A stretch of DNA of 64,000 bases from a virus (taxonomy: Duplodnaviria > Heunggongvirae > Uroviricota > Caudoviricetes): IMG/VR virus record IMGVR_UViG_3300042569_002502. One strand, given 5' to 3'. Position numbers and translations under genes: made by a program. Under the pieces are notes generated by a model. The model was not told the DNA's origin, searched no databases, and saw nothing but the letters and a program-made list of their open reading frames with translations. Position 1 is the stretch's first letter. Every line of letters begins with the position of its first letter. Positions 22,001 through 31,350 of this stretch are shown here, piece after piece.

Positions 22001-25000
22001 CTGATTTTCCAGAATTGTTCTCATCTGTTAATGTTGCATTATCATTCTCATCAAATTCTATTGAATATCCTCTTAAATATTCCTCGTGTTTAAATTTAAA
22101 CTCATCCCAATTATCTTCTACAGCCTTCCATAAAGCAAGAGATTTTTCTATGTGAGGAGCCCCTTGTTTTTCTGTAAATGTACCTTTCTCAATTAAAGCT
22201 TTTGTAGAACTTACAGTTTTAAGAATGTCTTTTTGAACTTGGTCTTTTAATTTTATATATAATTCCGTTTTGTTAATATTTGGAATAGTAAAAAAGCTTT
22301 TATTATCTCTGAAAATATTCTTTAAAGTGAGGTAGGTCATGTTTTGTATAACATCATGTCTTTCCTGACCATTCATTCCAATTATACTAAACTCTGCCCC
22401 AGCATTTGCAATAGCTTCTTCTATATCAATCACTCCTTCTTTAGCGAAAGAAAGTGCTGAGTGATATGGAGAATATTGTTTGTAATATCCATTTCCTATT
22501 TTAGAGAATAGTTTTTCTGTATTACTTCCAGCCTTATTTCCTGTAAAAAATTCCTTAATAAAACTAACGAGGTCTGCAAATAATTTTAATATAAATGGTC
22601 TTCCAGAAGTTGGTTTACCTGGAATTTTTTTATACATTACATAATCTCTAAACTCTTCTGCTAGTTGTTCTTTAGCTTCTTGATTAGTGGCCTCAGAATA
22701 TTTAACTTCTTTTCCTGTAGGTCTGTCTATAAAAGAACCTTTTCTAGCTTTAAACTCAGCTAATACATTAGCTTGTTCTTCAGCATCAGAAAACATTTTC
22801 CATACAGCTTCAAAAACCTCATGGTAAACAGTGCCCACTTCCGCATTCTCATATATGTATATAGCACCGTCTTGAAACATACCCCAAGCTTGTCTACCAT
22901 TAGTAGCTTGTATTACATTCTTCACTCTATATACAGGAACATTTGGAAAGTTTTCTTTTAACCACTTTTCCACCTTCTGCCAATTCTCTCCCTCAAATTT
23001 TTCTATTTCTTTAGCAATTTTCTCTCTAAACACAGGACCATCTTCATCAGAAGATTCCATCATTTGTCTTCTTATTTTGTCAAGATCTGACTCTGTCATT
23101 CCTTCAGATGCAATTTCTGTTTTAGCTTCCTCACTTATAATTTCTGCTGCTACAGGAGCTGTTTGTTCAGCCACTTTCTTTTTATATTCTTCTATCTGTG
23201 GAGCTAAAGTTTTTACAATTGATCCTGCAAAAGCATCTTTAATTTGTTCTTCTGGTGCGTTAAGATCAGCTATTGCTTTTTCGATACCATCTCCAGACAG
23301 TTCTCCTTGAAACACTCCTTTTATAGCATCATATGAAAAATTAATATTATATTTACCTAAAAGGGTAATGTTATTTTTTGCCTCTCCATCAAATGTATAG
23401 CCATCAACAACTATTTTAGCTGCTGGTGTAGGAGCTACAGGAGCTGCTGGGGCTGTTGGGGTTAGCACCTTCGGTGTTGTTACCACTGTTTTTGGAATAA
23501 CAAACTTATCCGCATTATCAGTGATTGTAAAATAAACCCCTTCTCTATTAACATCTTCCTCATTTTTTAAAGGACGAGCTATTGTTGTAAGAGGAATATT
23601 CTCTGCATTTCTTTTATTACCATCCGCATCTTTATTAGATAGTAGATAAGATTGGTAGTTAGGCCATGTTTTTATTTCTAAAGATCCATCTTTTTTAACA
23701 CCAATAATTTCAGAATAAGGTTCATTCCAAGATTTATTTATAATAGTGGCATTAACATTATTATACATGTCCTGTATAAGAGACATTAAATTATCTTGGT
23801 TTTCTTGAATGGATAATGGACCAAAAGGAATGTTTCCTCCTTTTCCAGATAAGAATAATTTTAATATTCCATCTGCATCTTTTTCAAACCATATACTGTT
23901 ATATCCTGGATTCTTTCTGTTACCATCAACCACTTTAGGAACTCCCCAATATACAACAGATTTGAGCCAATCTAATATAACTAAAGAATCTGCTGATTTA
24001 GCATTACCATCTTTTTCTACATTTCTAGAAAGTCTTAAAATCATATTATATATTAAAGAAGCTTCTTTCTCATTAAACTTTCTATTGTTTAGTTTAACAA
24101 GACCATTTGCTGTCTTTAATAATGGTCTACCTTTAGCATTAGTAAATGTAACGCTACCATTTTCTTCCGCACCTTCTGTAGTACGAAGAACAATTACATT
24201 ATTGTTTTCTAATCCTTTTGGAACAAGTCCAGCCTCTTCTACAGAGTTTTTAGCTCGGTAGTTAGTCTGTTCAACTCCTTTATCATCTGTATATTTTTCA
24301 TTTTGTAAAATACCAAATGAAGCGTCTATTCTATATTGTACAAGGTCAACAGTTGATAATATACCATCTCTCCATGTTTTATACTGCTCTATTAATGCCT
24401 TTTTAACATTATCTGGAGTGGTACTTCTAAACATAGAAGATGGCTTACCACTCTTACTATATTCAGCACTCCATTCTAATCCCTCATCAGGCATCACCTG
24501 ATATATTGCATTATCTAATTTATCTACTCCTTCAGGAATAACTTCTCCATTAACATCAACAAGTTCTCCATCTGTATTAACCATAACAAGAGCTATCACT
24601 CCTGCTTTTTGCTCTGGTGTGCCTTCTCCAAAAAGTCTATCTATTAATCCAGGTATAAGACTAGCTTGGTTGTTAATTGTAACTAATACACCACGGATAT
24701 TTGCTTTATTAGGAAGAGTGGGGAAATTGTTACCAAACTTATTAGCTCTTATATGATGAGGCTTGTCTGACTTTGAAGGCACCTTTGTACTAGTGACAAT
24801 AGAAATGTCATCCTTTTTAGCATCAGGCTCATAAGTTTCATCATACTGAAGAGTTTGTTGATCAGCTACCATTGTTCCTAAAATAGCTTGTTTAAACTCT
24901 TCATTTTTAGCCAGTCTAGCTTCCTGTTCTTTTTGTTGTTTATGTTTTTTAGCTACTTCCTCAAATGTATTTAAAATTAATTCTTTTGCTTTAATTTCTT

Positions 25001-28000
25001 TTTCTACCTCTTTAAGCTGATTTTGTAACCCCTCCATTTCTTTCCTAAGTTCTTCTAAAGATCTTTCATTAGGAATGACGTCAAGTTCATCTATATCAGC
25101 AATATCTCTTTCAAATTCAGAAAGATCTGATAATAGATTTGGGTTTGCCTGTAAGTAAGATTGATAATCTGGATAGACACCTTTAGCAGAAAGATCTTTA
25201 TTTAAAAACTCTACAAGTCCTAATGGTGTATATGGAAGATTTGGATATTTTGCTTCAAACTTTTTAATAAGATCTAATGCAAAATCAACAGCTGTTTTTA
25301 ATGCACCGTCCACTTGATCCATTAATTTAGACAAAGCATTAATTTGTTTTCCTACACTTTCTTGTAATAGGTTTAAATTTAAAGCTTGCTCATTAAGATC
25401 TTCTAATAAATCTTTTCCTTCCTCAGGAAACTCATCAATATTTTGAGCCATATCAGCTACATAAGACTGATTAAACTCTATCTCATCTCTTTCAGCTTCT
25501 AATGCTTCTATTTCTAAACGAAGGTCTTCCTTCATTCTAGAAAGTCTATTAGCAGCTTTAATTGCTTTATTTGTAGAAGATTTAAAATTGTTTTTCTTAG
25601 TGATAGCACCACTACTAATTTTTTCTTCTAATACTTTCATCTCCTCAACAATCCTATCCACTTGCTCTTTTTTCTGAGCAATAAGTGTATTAGTTTTGTC
25701 TAGCTTAGCAGAAAGATTGTCAAATAAATTAGTAAGTATTTCAAGTCTACTAGCTCTTCTTGCTTCTATTCTTGCGTCTCTTTCAGCAGCAAACTCTTCT
25801 TCTGATTTTTGTTGAACAGCTGTAAGAGTACCAAAAGCTTTTATCATTCCATGTTGGTAGCCTTCTTTAGCTTTAAAGTCTTGTCCTACAATTTCTTTTG
25901 TTCTTATTTTTCCTTTTGCATCTTTGTATACAAATAATAAAATTCCTTCTTTAGGAGAATATTGAAGTCTTCCTTTTGCAGGCTGTCCATTCACTTTAAT
26001 ACCGTAATGTTCATATACGGTATTAATATTATCCATGTAAAACTTAGCTTTTTTATTTTTTTCTGTATCACTCACCTTCCCCAACTTATAACTAGCCAGT
26101 TCTTCCTTAGATATATTTTTAATAATTCCTGTAGACCCTTTTATTCTTATTGTGCCATCCTCATTTTCACCAAGAATTGTTAACTTAGGAAAGTTATGAA
26201 CTTCTTTACCATCTTTACTATAAGAGACAACACTACCTAAATAATACTCTGTACCCACTTCAATATCTTCTTCCCCATCTTTTGTCTTAATTTTAACAAT
26301 CTGCTTTTCTTTAATTTTTGTATCAGGAGCAAATTCTTCTTCTTCCTCTTCTGTATATTTCTCTGGATTGTTTTTAATATCATTATATTCATCTAAAAAC
26401 TTAGCTCTACGTGCAGATAATTCAGCCACATCTTCTAAAGCTATTTTAAGATCTGCCACTTTTTCTGGTAATAAATTTTTACCAAGAGCATCAATTTCTG
26501 CCATAGCAGCATTAAAAGAATCACTACTTCCAGCTACAACATCATTAATAACTGTATCAACATCTATATTTATAGCCTCCAAAGAACCAGATAGTTGTGG
26601 TATTCTTTTATCATAATCTGCCACTTTAGTAGCAGCATAAATCATTTTATTTATTGTCTCTGGAGAGTATACAGGTTTACCATCTTTGGTGATAAGATTA
26701 CCATATCTTAAATTAATAGATTGGTATAAAGATTTTATGCTATCAGCAGTTTGTTCAAGATTTTCTATTCTCTGTAAATATTGCTCTCTAGTGTCTCCCT
26801 CTAATGCTTTACCCTCCGCCTTTAATTGTGCAAATCCTTCTTCAGTCATTGCTAATTTTCTATAATCTTCTATGTCAGAACGAACAAGATCCATTCTGCC
26901 ATATTTAATTCTAGGTGTTAGGTAGTTGATAATATAATCTTGTTCAAGATCTTTACTCTCTAAAACATCTCCTTGTCTTAAAGCTTTTTCTCTATCCTCT
27001 TGAATAGCAGTGCCTCTATTAACAGCAGATATTGTTTCCTTTGTAAAATCAGAGAATTTCCATTCATTGGCTTTTTTAATAAATTCTGCTGTATCTTTTG
27101 CTTTTTCTCTACTCTCTTGTATTTTCCCTTTAGCCATCATTAAGGCCCCAGATAAACCACCAATAAGGACATTTTCCATTCCCTCGTTAGTAGTGAGGGT
27201 TTGTTTAACTCCTTCTTTAAGACTATCAATAAAATCAGCTGAAGCTCCTCTGTATTTTTTATTATAATAATCTTGTGTGCCTGATTGAATAGCAAATTGT
27301 GCGCCTTCTTCAAAAGCTTCAGATATAGAAAATGTGTAAGGCCTTATATTATTTAATGTAGATAAAACTCTGTTTTTAAAGAATGAAGGGGCCTTTACTA
27401 AATTACCAGCAGCATCTTTAGTAACATCTGCCACTTCTTTTGTAAGACCATTAACAATCCCTTTTTCAGCCTTATACGAAGCTCCTAGTATTTTAGGAAA
27501 CTGAATATAGTTAGTAGCTGTTAATAGAGCAGTGTTAAGAAGGAAAGAAGATGTACCTACATTTTCTGCCTCATTATTAATTTTTTCAAGATCTTCACCT
27601 GTTGGAGCAAGTCCAAAGTTTTGTGCTTTATATTCCTCTATTTTCTTTTTTCTAAATTCATTAGAATTATTATAAGCTTCAAATCCTGCCTCTCCTGTTG
27701 TAGCAAGTCCTGCAACAACAGCTCTACCACCAGCATTAAGACTATTATATGTAGATAGGTATTTATCAGAAATACTTTTTATCTTACCAAACATGCTAGC
27801 TCCTTTATCAGCAGCAAGAAGAGCCTCTTCTGTAGCCACTAAAGCTTCTGCAGATTTACCTGCTGCAAATAGTTTTGATGTAAGAGGAAGAGCTTTTAAA
27901 ACAGAAGCATACACACCTCCAGATAAAGCAGCTCCTGCTGAAAATCCCATATTTTTAATAATGCCATCCCAGAAGAAATTAGCTGTAAACCATTTCTTAG

Positions 28001-28508
28001 GAGAGTACCAATCTGCGTCTTTTTCTTCTTTTGTATAATAGTTAGCCCATTTATCTTCAAGATCTTGATTAAATTCATCTAGACTTCTATTAAAATCATT
28101 ATCATAAAATGATGAAAACTTTCCTGTTTGGGCCCAATTAGCCACACCATTAACCAATCCAGCTGTAGACTGTAAAAATGTGGTTCCTGTTAAAGCAAGT
28201 CCTTTGCCTACACCATTAATCATTTTGTTTGTCCAAGCTTGTCCTTGGGCATATAACTCTTCATTATCAACATTCCTAAATGTTTTAGGGTATCTCTTGG
28301 AAGTTTCTTGGGTGGAATAAGCATATTTGCTTGTATCTTCCATACCGAAAGCTTCCATTCTAGCTCTCTGAAGATCTTCTAAAGGATTGTTTCTATTCTC
28401 TCCACCAGACCCACTAGGTCCCACTCCTTGAGGAATACCCTCATCCAATCTAGCTAGACCTTCATTTTTAATATTATTTGCCCAATCTAAGAAGTTTTGA
28501 TCACTCAT
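16035..28508 (-). CDS. giant virion protein (4157 aa) containing an RNAP beta-prime-like DFDID double-psi beta-barrel motif; candidate virion-packaged RNA polymerase fusion
   Basis: 12.47 kb ORF with ATG start. Motif VGSDFDIDKLSIY (DFDID codons at 18738-18752, residues about 3253-3257) parallels bacterial NADFDGDQMAVH. Size and genomic position match the giant RNAP-containing genes of crAss-like phages. Confidence 0.75.
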   Translation of the reverse strand: MSDQNFLDWANNIKNEGLARLDEGIPQGVGPSGSGGENRNNPLEDLQRARMEAFGMEDTSKYAYSTQETSKRYPKTFRNVDNEELYAQGQAWTNKMINGVGKGLALTGTTFLQSTAGLVNGVANWAQTGKFSSFYDNDFNRSLDEFNQDLEDKWANYYTKEEKDADWYSPKKWFTANFFWDGIIKNMGFSAGAALSGGVYASVLKALPLTSKLFAAGKSAEALVATEEALLAADKGASMFGKIKSISDKYLSTYNSLNAGGRAVVAGLATTGEAGFEAYNNSNEFRKKKIEEYKAQNFGLAPTGEDLEKINNEAENVGTSSFLLNTALLTATNYIQFPKILGASYKAEKGIVNGLTKEVADVTKDAAGNLVKAPSFFKNRVLSTLNNIRPYTFSISEAFEEGAQFAIQSGTQDYYNKKYRGASADFIDSLKEGVKQTLTTNEGMENVLIGGLSGALMMAKGKIQESREKAKDTAEFIKKANEWKFSDFTKETISAVNRGTAIQEDREKALRQGDVLESKDLEQDYIINYLTPRIKYGRMDLVRSDIEDYRKLAMTEEGFAQLKAEGKALEGDTREQYLQRIENLEQTADSIKSLYQSINLRYGNLITKDGKPVYSPETINKMIYAATKVADYDKRIPQLSGSLEAINIDVDTVINDVVAGSSDSFNAAMAEIDALGKNLLPEKVADLKIALEDVAELSARRAKFLDEYNDIKNNPEKYTEEEEEEFAPDTKIKEKQIVKIKTKDGEEDIEVGTEYYLGSVVSYSKDGKEVHNFPKLTILGENEDGTIRIKGSTGIIKNISKEELASYKLGKVSDTEKNKKAKFYMDNINTVYEHYGIKVNGQPAKGRLQYSPKEGILLFVYKDAKGKIRTKEIVGQDFKAKEGYQHGMIKAFGTLTAVQQKSEEEFAAERDARIEARRASRLEILTNLFDNLSAKLDKTNTLIAQKKEQVDRIVEEMKVLEEKISSGAITKKNNFKSSTNKAIKAANRLSRMKEDLRLEIEALEAERDEIEFNQSYVADMAQNIDEFPEEGKDLLEDLNEQALNLNLLQESVGKQINALSKLMDQVDGALKTAVDFALDLIKKFEAKYPNLPYTPLGLVEFLNKDLSAKGVYPDYQSYLQANPNLLSDLSEFERDIADIDELDVIPNERSLEELRKEMEGLQNQLKEVEKEIKAKELILNTFEEVAKKHKQQKEQEARLAKNEEFKQAILGTMVADQQTLQYDETYEPDAKKDDISIVTSTKVPSKSDKPHHIRANKFGNNFPTLPNKANIRGVLVTINNQASLIPGLIDRLFGEGTPEQKAGVIALVMVNTDGELVDVNGEVIPEGVDKLDNAIYQVMPDEGLEWSAEYSKSGKPSSMFRSTTPDNVKKALIEQYKTWRDGILSTVDLVQYRIDASFGILQNEKYTDDKGVEQTNYRAKNSVEEAGLVPKGLENNNVIVLRTTEGAEENGSVTFTNAKGRPLLKTANGLVKLNNRKFNEKEASLIYNMILRLSRNVEKDGNAKSADSLVILDWLKSVVYWGVPKVVDGNRKNPGYNSIWFEKDADGILKLFLSGKGGNIPFGPLSIQENQDNLMSLIQDMYNNVNATIINKSWNEPYSEIIGVKKDGSLEIKTWPNYQSYLLSNKDADGNKRNAENIPLTTIARPLKNEEDVNREGVYFTITDNADKFVIPKTVVTTPKVLTPTAPAAPVAPTPAAKIVVDGYTFDGEAKNNITLLGKYNINFSYDAIKGVFQGELSGDGIEKAIADLNAPEEQIKDAFAGSIVKTLAPQIEEYKKKVAEQTAPVAAEIISEEAKTEIASEGMTESDLDKIRRQMMESSDEDGPVFREKIAKEIEKFEGENWQKVEKWLKENFPNVPVYRVKNVIQATNGRQAWGMFQDGAIYIYENAEVGTVYHEVFEAVWKMFSDAEEQANVLAEFKARKGSFIDRPTGKEVKYSEATNQEAKEQLAEEFRDYVMYKKIPGKPTSGRPFILKLFADLVSFIKEFFTGNKAGSNTEKLFSKIGNGYYKQYSPYHSALSFAKEGVIDIEEAIANAGAEFSIIGMNGQERHDVIQNMTYLTLKNIFRDNKSFFTIPNINKTELYIKLKDQVQKDILKTVSSTKALIEKGTFTEKQGAPHIEKSLALWKAVEDNWDEFKFKHEEYLRGYSIEFDENDNATLTDENNSGKSDYQDARKIDNFKKANAAIKMLLSTVARVDRDGNMDRSTVNGAKLIPTSEVFMKVMNQVHSAKTIEEMLQGLKELGLKDNNYKTLYERLTKSAITVKGIDYSNLTEPHEAQLLASFWKTFKKMNADVKAVFILSNDDVVIGDSNLSSAARQLRSDFISQIVDAIKTKKSSYFVYDDKTRRFKGEPKSVPKTLLSASARIAFLEKLGISFTEEELKSLNSDKLKVFNTAVDGIRTSIEQAKEIATISGKVLDIEGQLLKLATIKAIITTPEFDSTYFNLNGERVQSFIGTNPGSDLYDVLSQVNNLNDVPAQYQYLLTDSFVKNSVILNKMFNLETGEKREDIENYLSIGYVDGTINEQSGKKKESSKLTYRERLIQEINLNLNGYYMNLVPGDASMEWMAYMGNHVSVKRLRATGMEDVNKIFKGYFISELLLSRDVNRNTKETKTRKSTDLRFFKPILGEKLHNDIVKETGTPEEVYKKYESKINAALKSFIEEDVNKFRNNLLSYGIINKTDLGWEVENIALSESVFENIDDLNRELTALNINFMINNIELHKLLYSDPYQYSDELKRIKNFLSPRQRLLGSDNINSLLNNVWNKGFKKGDLGYTDFNKNYFKTTTLADIVGVIDLPGYKEYEETDGSGIISFKAYRNFRIRSGEWNENEELQYKFDIKFEEAAKSGASKEELQKLLNKNPAAKSAYTPVKPIVAGNKDNGKNYNDVMLDKFALYPLSYRVMYEINASSNALKLYDKMQEENIDYVVFKSARKVGAEKTNSVYNEDGSFNTNEFEGVFNVPFDIMSVQSEVPSKDTPLVTRGSQVTKLITMDYMEAGVPVDFEETKTFPERYKAWYALDEEGRIKESTLYKEIKNNQNLLEAIATEGYNSLLNKLHITETTDGYVIEPDNVEKVAEFLRQELLKREVNDNISEAVRNYAQGSVILEATPAYQQIRNILYSIADKEVISPKISGGLKVQIPAALLESTKTELREINGKLGYTSDTLEFYKDEDGKRVCEIMVGRWFKSDLSDEELLKYLNETPEGQKILSGLAYRIPTQKQNSIDVFKIKRFLPKEFGDSVVIPSALVQKVGSDFDIDKLSIYFKNVFKNAKGNIEIVPFFGIDPNNKNKYEDIFFDILQSKIDKAEAKKISTADLQSLFSDISLGISSDKTANKWIPIFKQMFEKETEDGKLLVADIEEIFIKRLEKLGKKLSELTNWDVQQILLEEFKDKMYKESLENEYIESCEKLVSHPKNFKRLTSPNSADQLKDLSKKISDKLGVGAFNYDSTGNMLNRVFMSRLRQAFVSGKYAIGIAAVSQTNHSLNQRSPIYIDKNKLAIQDAADREWLGDAEINFEQYNSIEVDGEKVPTLSMIENAEGQDISDINGQFIDGYVDISKGPWIMELGATPNVASTWLFLAKIGVPIDTIAYFMNQPIVRDYLKSIERSGYSWLFIGDIFEDVISKYDSSITKPTKIPSKSKLWDMIGEGENLSPEQKADQRFILSEFVKYAKMANQLYLVTQGSNFDTASFNDPFLVFKKMEQLKKAKTSIISSVDDILENSFIGNLSDLLLKLRNALSTILVSDQTNVRGVMEKVLLPYINESDRDFVKISQKAVNDLFDWAVQNDRDLNTMVQRILLENNNVAKQMSDFIVDVKKSSKHPLKDNILINSLVPVFSQKLENGTNNLKIVGRDNKVYDQNQIIYAFEELKQYFKGIKSPLYGNLVRLAVLQSGLNRSPISFTSLIPYEDFKEIYNKTLSKLETIPNLNDFYKLGVFQRNNWNDGDVVPSRRLVKKQDQFGNWRYKNFDFFRNLSGFNKPMETGDIPQLIKFNTKSREADSDYVVFTWEVGNKYEKEAMRKKGDYSYIKKGLFKKIYSGDIPFTNEYTMNKDGQNIVITEYIYKMVNAWGDSFRAVEMYDVAKKSKIDNGFLKVEQEKEDDEILSYLDENLVSLESTTTEKTVSLKDGKTYSSEQLNTKMLVDMGYTLAEAGTIIKNNKC

Positions 28509-31264
28509 TTTTTAAAGTTTAATCCACTAAGTGTTTTAATTGTTTGAAGTCTACCTGGAGTTAAGCTATTTATAAAAGACTGTGCTGCATCAGCAGATGG
28601 ATATGCAACAGGGTATATATCTCCTGGATTTTTATCAGCAATACCTCTTACATTACCTTCTCCATCTTTTATATAAAAGTAAATATTATGTTGACCAAGA
28701 TCATTAACTTTTATATCTGCTCCTAAAATATCTGTTTCTTGTCTTTGATGAAAGAATGATGGTGGATAATAAGCACCTGTATATGCAACAGGGTTGTTTG
28801 GATCTCCTGTTATAGAATTTGTTGTTCTGTTGTTTTCACTCCATGCAATTTTTCTATTAACATCTGAAACAGGGGCAGGAAGATTAATAACTGCTCCTTT
28901 TATATAATTTGCTGATCTTTTATCAATAGGTAATTGTTGTACTAAAGTGTTTCCATCATAAAGGTCTAATGTAAAAGTTTCTCCATAACTTCCAGGAGTT
29001 CCTCTATCAACACCAATAGAAACATTATACTTGTCTCTATCTTTTCCTGCTAAAAAGTTAGTAAATTTGTCAACATCTATTGTTCCTTTATAATTATCAA
29101 TCACTTCATTAAGTCGTTGATTGACAGATTTAATTTGGGGCTCCTTAGCATCCTCAGGATATAACGAAACAACTAGAGGCTCATTGCCTAACATTTTTTG
29201 TTTTAACACTTTTGCTTTAGCAGATAAAACATTTTGACCTACACTAGATGTAATTAATTTACTAGTATTAAAAATCCTTTCTATCCCTTCTTCACTAACC
29301 CCCGCATCTTTTGCATAAAGTCTAACAACAGGAGAACCAATTAAACCAGGTATTCTATACGCTTGGCTACCAAATTTTTTTTCTAATTCTTCTTTAGCCT
29401 GTTTAGCAAATGCAGAATATTCCTGATTTTTTAAAAAATCATTATTATAAACCAAACTAGCATTAAGAATATCTTTAGGTGTTATTTGAAAATTAAAATG
29501 TTTTTTCTCTTGAAAAGGCATCCTAGTTCCTCCTAATAAAACATCATCTTCACTTAATGATATATTAAAAGAAGGTAGGCCTTTCCCTAATTTAGTAAAA
29601 TCTAAATTTTCTCCAGAACCTGCACTTAAAACATCGGGATGTTTATTCAAGTCTTTCACTTCATTTGAATAATCACTTAAAGCTCTTTGATTAGCTTCTG
29701 CTACAGGTAATTGTGTAAGAAGAGGTGTATAATATGGATTTTTGGGATTTTTTTGAATATCATCTTTAGCCCTATCATAAGTCCTATCTATATATCCAGG
29801 AGCATTTTTTTCCCACTCAGTAATATTTTTTCTTATATCTTCATCAGAAACAGATTTACCATTTGCAAAATTTATTGCTTTAACATAATTAAAGACAAAT
29901 TGATCTTTTGTTTTCTTAGCACTTTCTTCTATTTTTTGTCCTTTTTCTATCCAATTAGAAAAAACTTCTACATCATTTAATGATTTTGTTAAATAGTCTG
30001 AACCAGGGGTTAAAGGTTTATCTGGATTATTAGGATCGTTTTTCCATTTTTCTTTATCTAAAGCAAGTTGTTGTTTAGAAATATCTATTCTAGACCATCC
30101 CTGTTTAATATTTTGTTGGTCTGCCCACCAATCTCTTTCATCTTTAATACGTTGTCTTTCAGCTTTCCAAGGAGCACTTTCAACATATTTTCTACTTATT
30201 GTTTCTGTTGTATAAGCTTCTGTGAATTTATTTTTTAATCCTTGTTCGTACACTAATGATTTCCATGTATCAAGATCACCCACTTGTCTGGCTCTCTGTA
30301 TTTTTTCATCGCCATATTGTTTTAAAGTGGAAATATCATTATCTGTTTTGTCTATAAGACTTTGTATTAATTTTTTCTTTTCAGGATCTGTTTCAGAAGC
30401 TCCTTTAGATAGAAGATCTAATCTCTTAGATTCTAAAATAGAAACTCCTTTGTTCTTTTCTTCCTCATATTGGCGAACAAAATCATCTAATTTATTATAT
30501 CCTCTATAATTATAAACACCACGCATAGCCATTTCTTGCTTAGCTTCTGGTCTACTCAAAACAGTGTCAATAGCTGCAGCAATTTTTTCACTGAACTTCC
30601 CTTGTTTTATTTCTTCTACAGCATATTCAGAAAGTATAGGAGCTCCTGCTTTATCGTATAATATTTTACCAGCAGGATCTGTTTTAAATACCTGCTGTGC
30701 TTCATATTTACTATCCCCTACAGCCTTTACAGCCTCTATAAGATTTTTTTCAATATCCCAAGAAGGTGTATATTGCCCTGAAAATTTTATTGGTTTTCCA
30801 GACTGATCTTTTAAATTGGGGTTTGATAAATAAGCATTCCTTTTAAGGTCATAATAATATCTTGCTTGTGGGGTTAGTTTACCAGCTTTTTCATCAGCTT
30901 CCATTTGTTTGTTCTGTTCTCTGTCATTAGCTGTTGAATATACAGCTGCTTGAACAAATGGATCTTTAACAATTTGTGTAGCCATTCCCCCTACAGAATT
31001 AACCAATTGTTGGTTAGAAAAATCCCCCGAAGCTACGGTTCTTAATTTTCCACCAAGTTCATTTAACTTAGACTTTAAATGTTCTTTATCTACATCCCTA
31101 GAAACGTCCATACCAGCAATATTATCAATATATCCCTGGATTTTTTGTACTCCTTGGTCATATTGTTGCTGTTTAGCCATGCCCACTTTAACCATAGCAT
31201 CAACAGGAAGTTGTTGCACATAGGGGTTAAATGGTTGTATCTGTGTATCGGTAAATGAGGCCAT
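28505..31264 (-). CDS. large virion protein (919 aa), function unknown
   Basis: ATG start. ATGA overlap with the 4157-aa gene. No recognisable catalytic motif. Confidence 0.6.
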   Translation of the reverse strand: MASFTDTQIQPFNPYVQQLPVDAMVKVGMAKQQQYDQGVQKIQGYIDNIAGMDVSRDVDKEHLKSKLNELGGKLRTVASGDFSNQQLVNSVGGMATQIVKDPFVQAAVYSTANDREQNKQMEADEKAGKLTPQARYYYDLKRNAYLSNPNLKDQSGKPIKFSGQYTPSWDIEKNLIEAVKAVGDSKYEAQQVFKTDPAGKILYDKAGAPILSEYAVEEIKQGKFSEKIAAAIDTVLSRPEAKQEMAMRGVYNYRGYNKLDDFVRQYEEEKNKGVSILESKRLDLLSKGASETDPEKKKLIQSLIDKTDNDISTLKQYGDEKIQRARQVGDLDTWKSLVYEQGLKNKFTEAYTTETISRKYVESAPWKAERQRIKDERDWWADQQNIKQGWSRIDISKQQLALDKEKWKNDPNNPDKPLTPGSDYLTKSLNDVEVFSNWIEKGQKIEESAKKTKDQFVFNYVKAINFANGKSVSDEDIRKNITEWEKNAPGYIDRTYDRAKDDIQKNPKNPYYTPLLTQLPVAEANQRALSDYSNEVKDLNKHPDVLSAGSGENLDFTKLGKGLPSFNISLSEDDVLLGGTRMPFQEKKHFNFQITPKDILNASLVYNNDFLKNQEYSAFAKQAKEELEKKFGSQAYRIPGLIGSPVVRLYAKDAGVSEEGIERIFNTSKLITSSVGQNVLSAKAKVLKQKMLGNEPLVVSLYPEDAKEPQIKSVNQRLNEVIDNYKGTIDVDKFTNFLAGKDRDKYNVSIGVDRGTPGSYGETFTLDLYDGNTLVQQLPIDKRSANYIKGAVINLPAPVSDVNRKIAWSENNRTTNSITGDPNNPVAYTGAYYPPSFFHQRQETDILGADIKVNDLGQHNIYFYIKDGEGNVRGIADKNPGDIYPVAYPSADAAQSFINSLTPGRLQTIKTLSGLNFKK

Positions 31265-31350
31265 ATTATAAGAATTAACAAAAGTAATTTAAAATATTTT
31301 ATATACCAAAAGATATAACAGTTTTTATTAATCTGGTATAATCGAATTAA

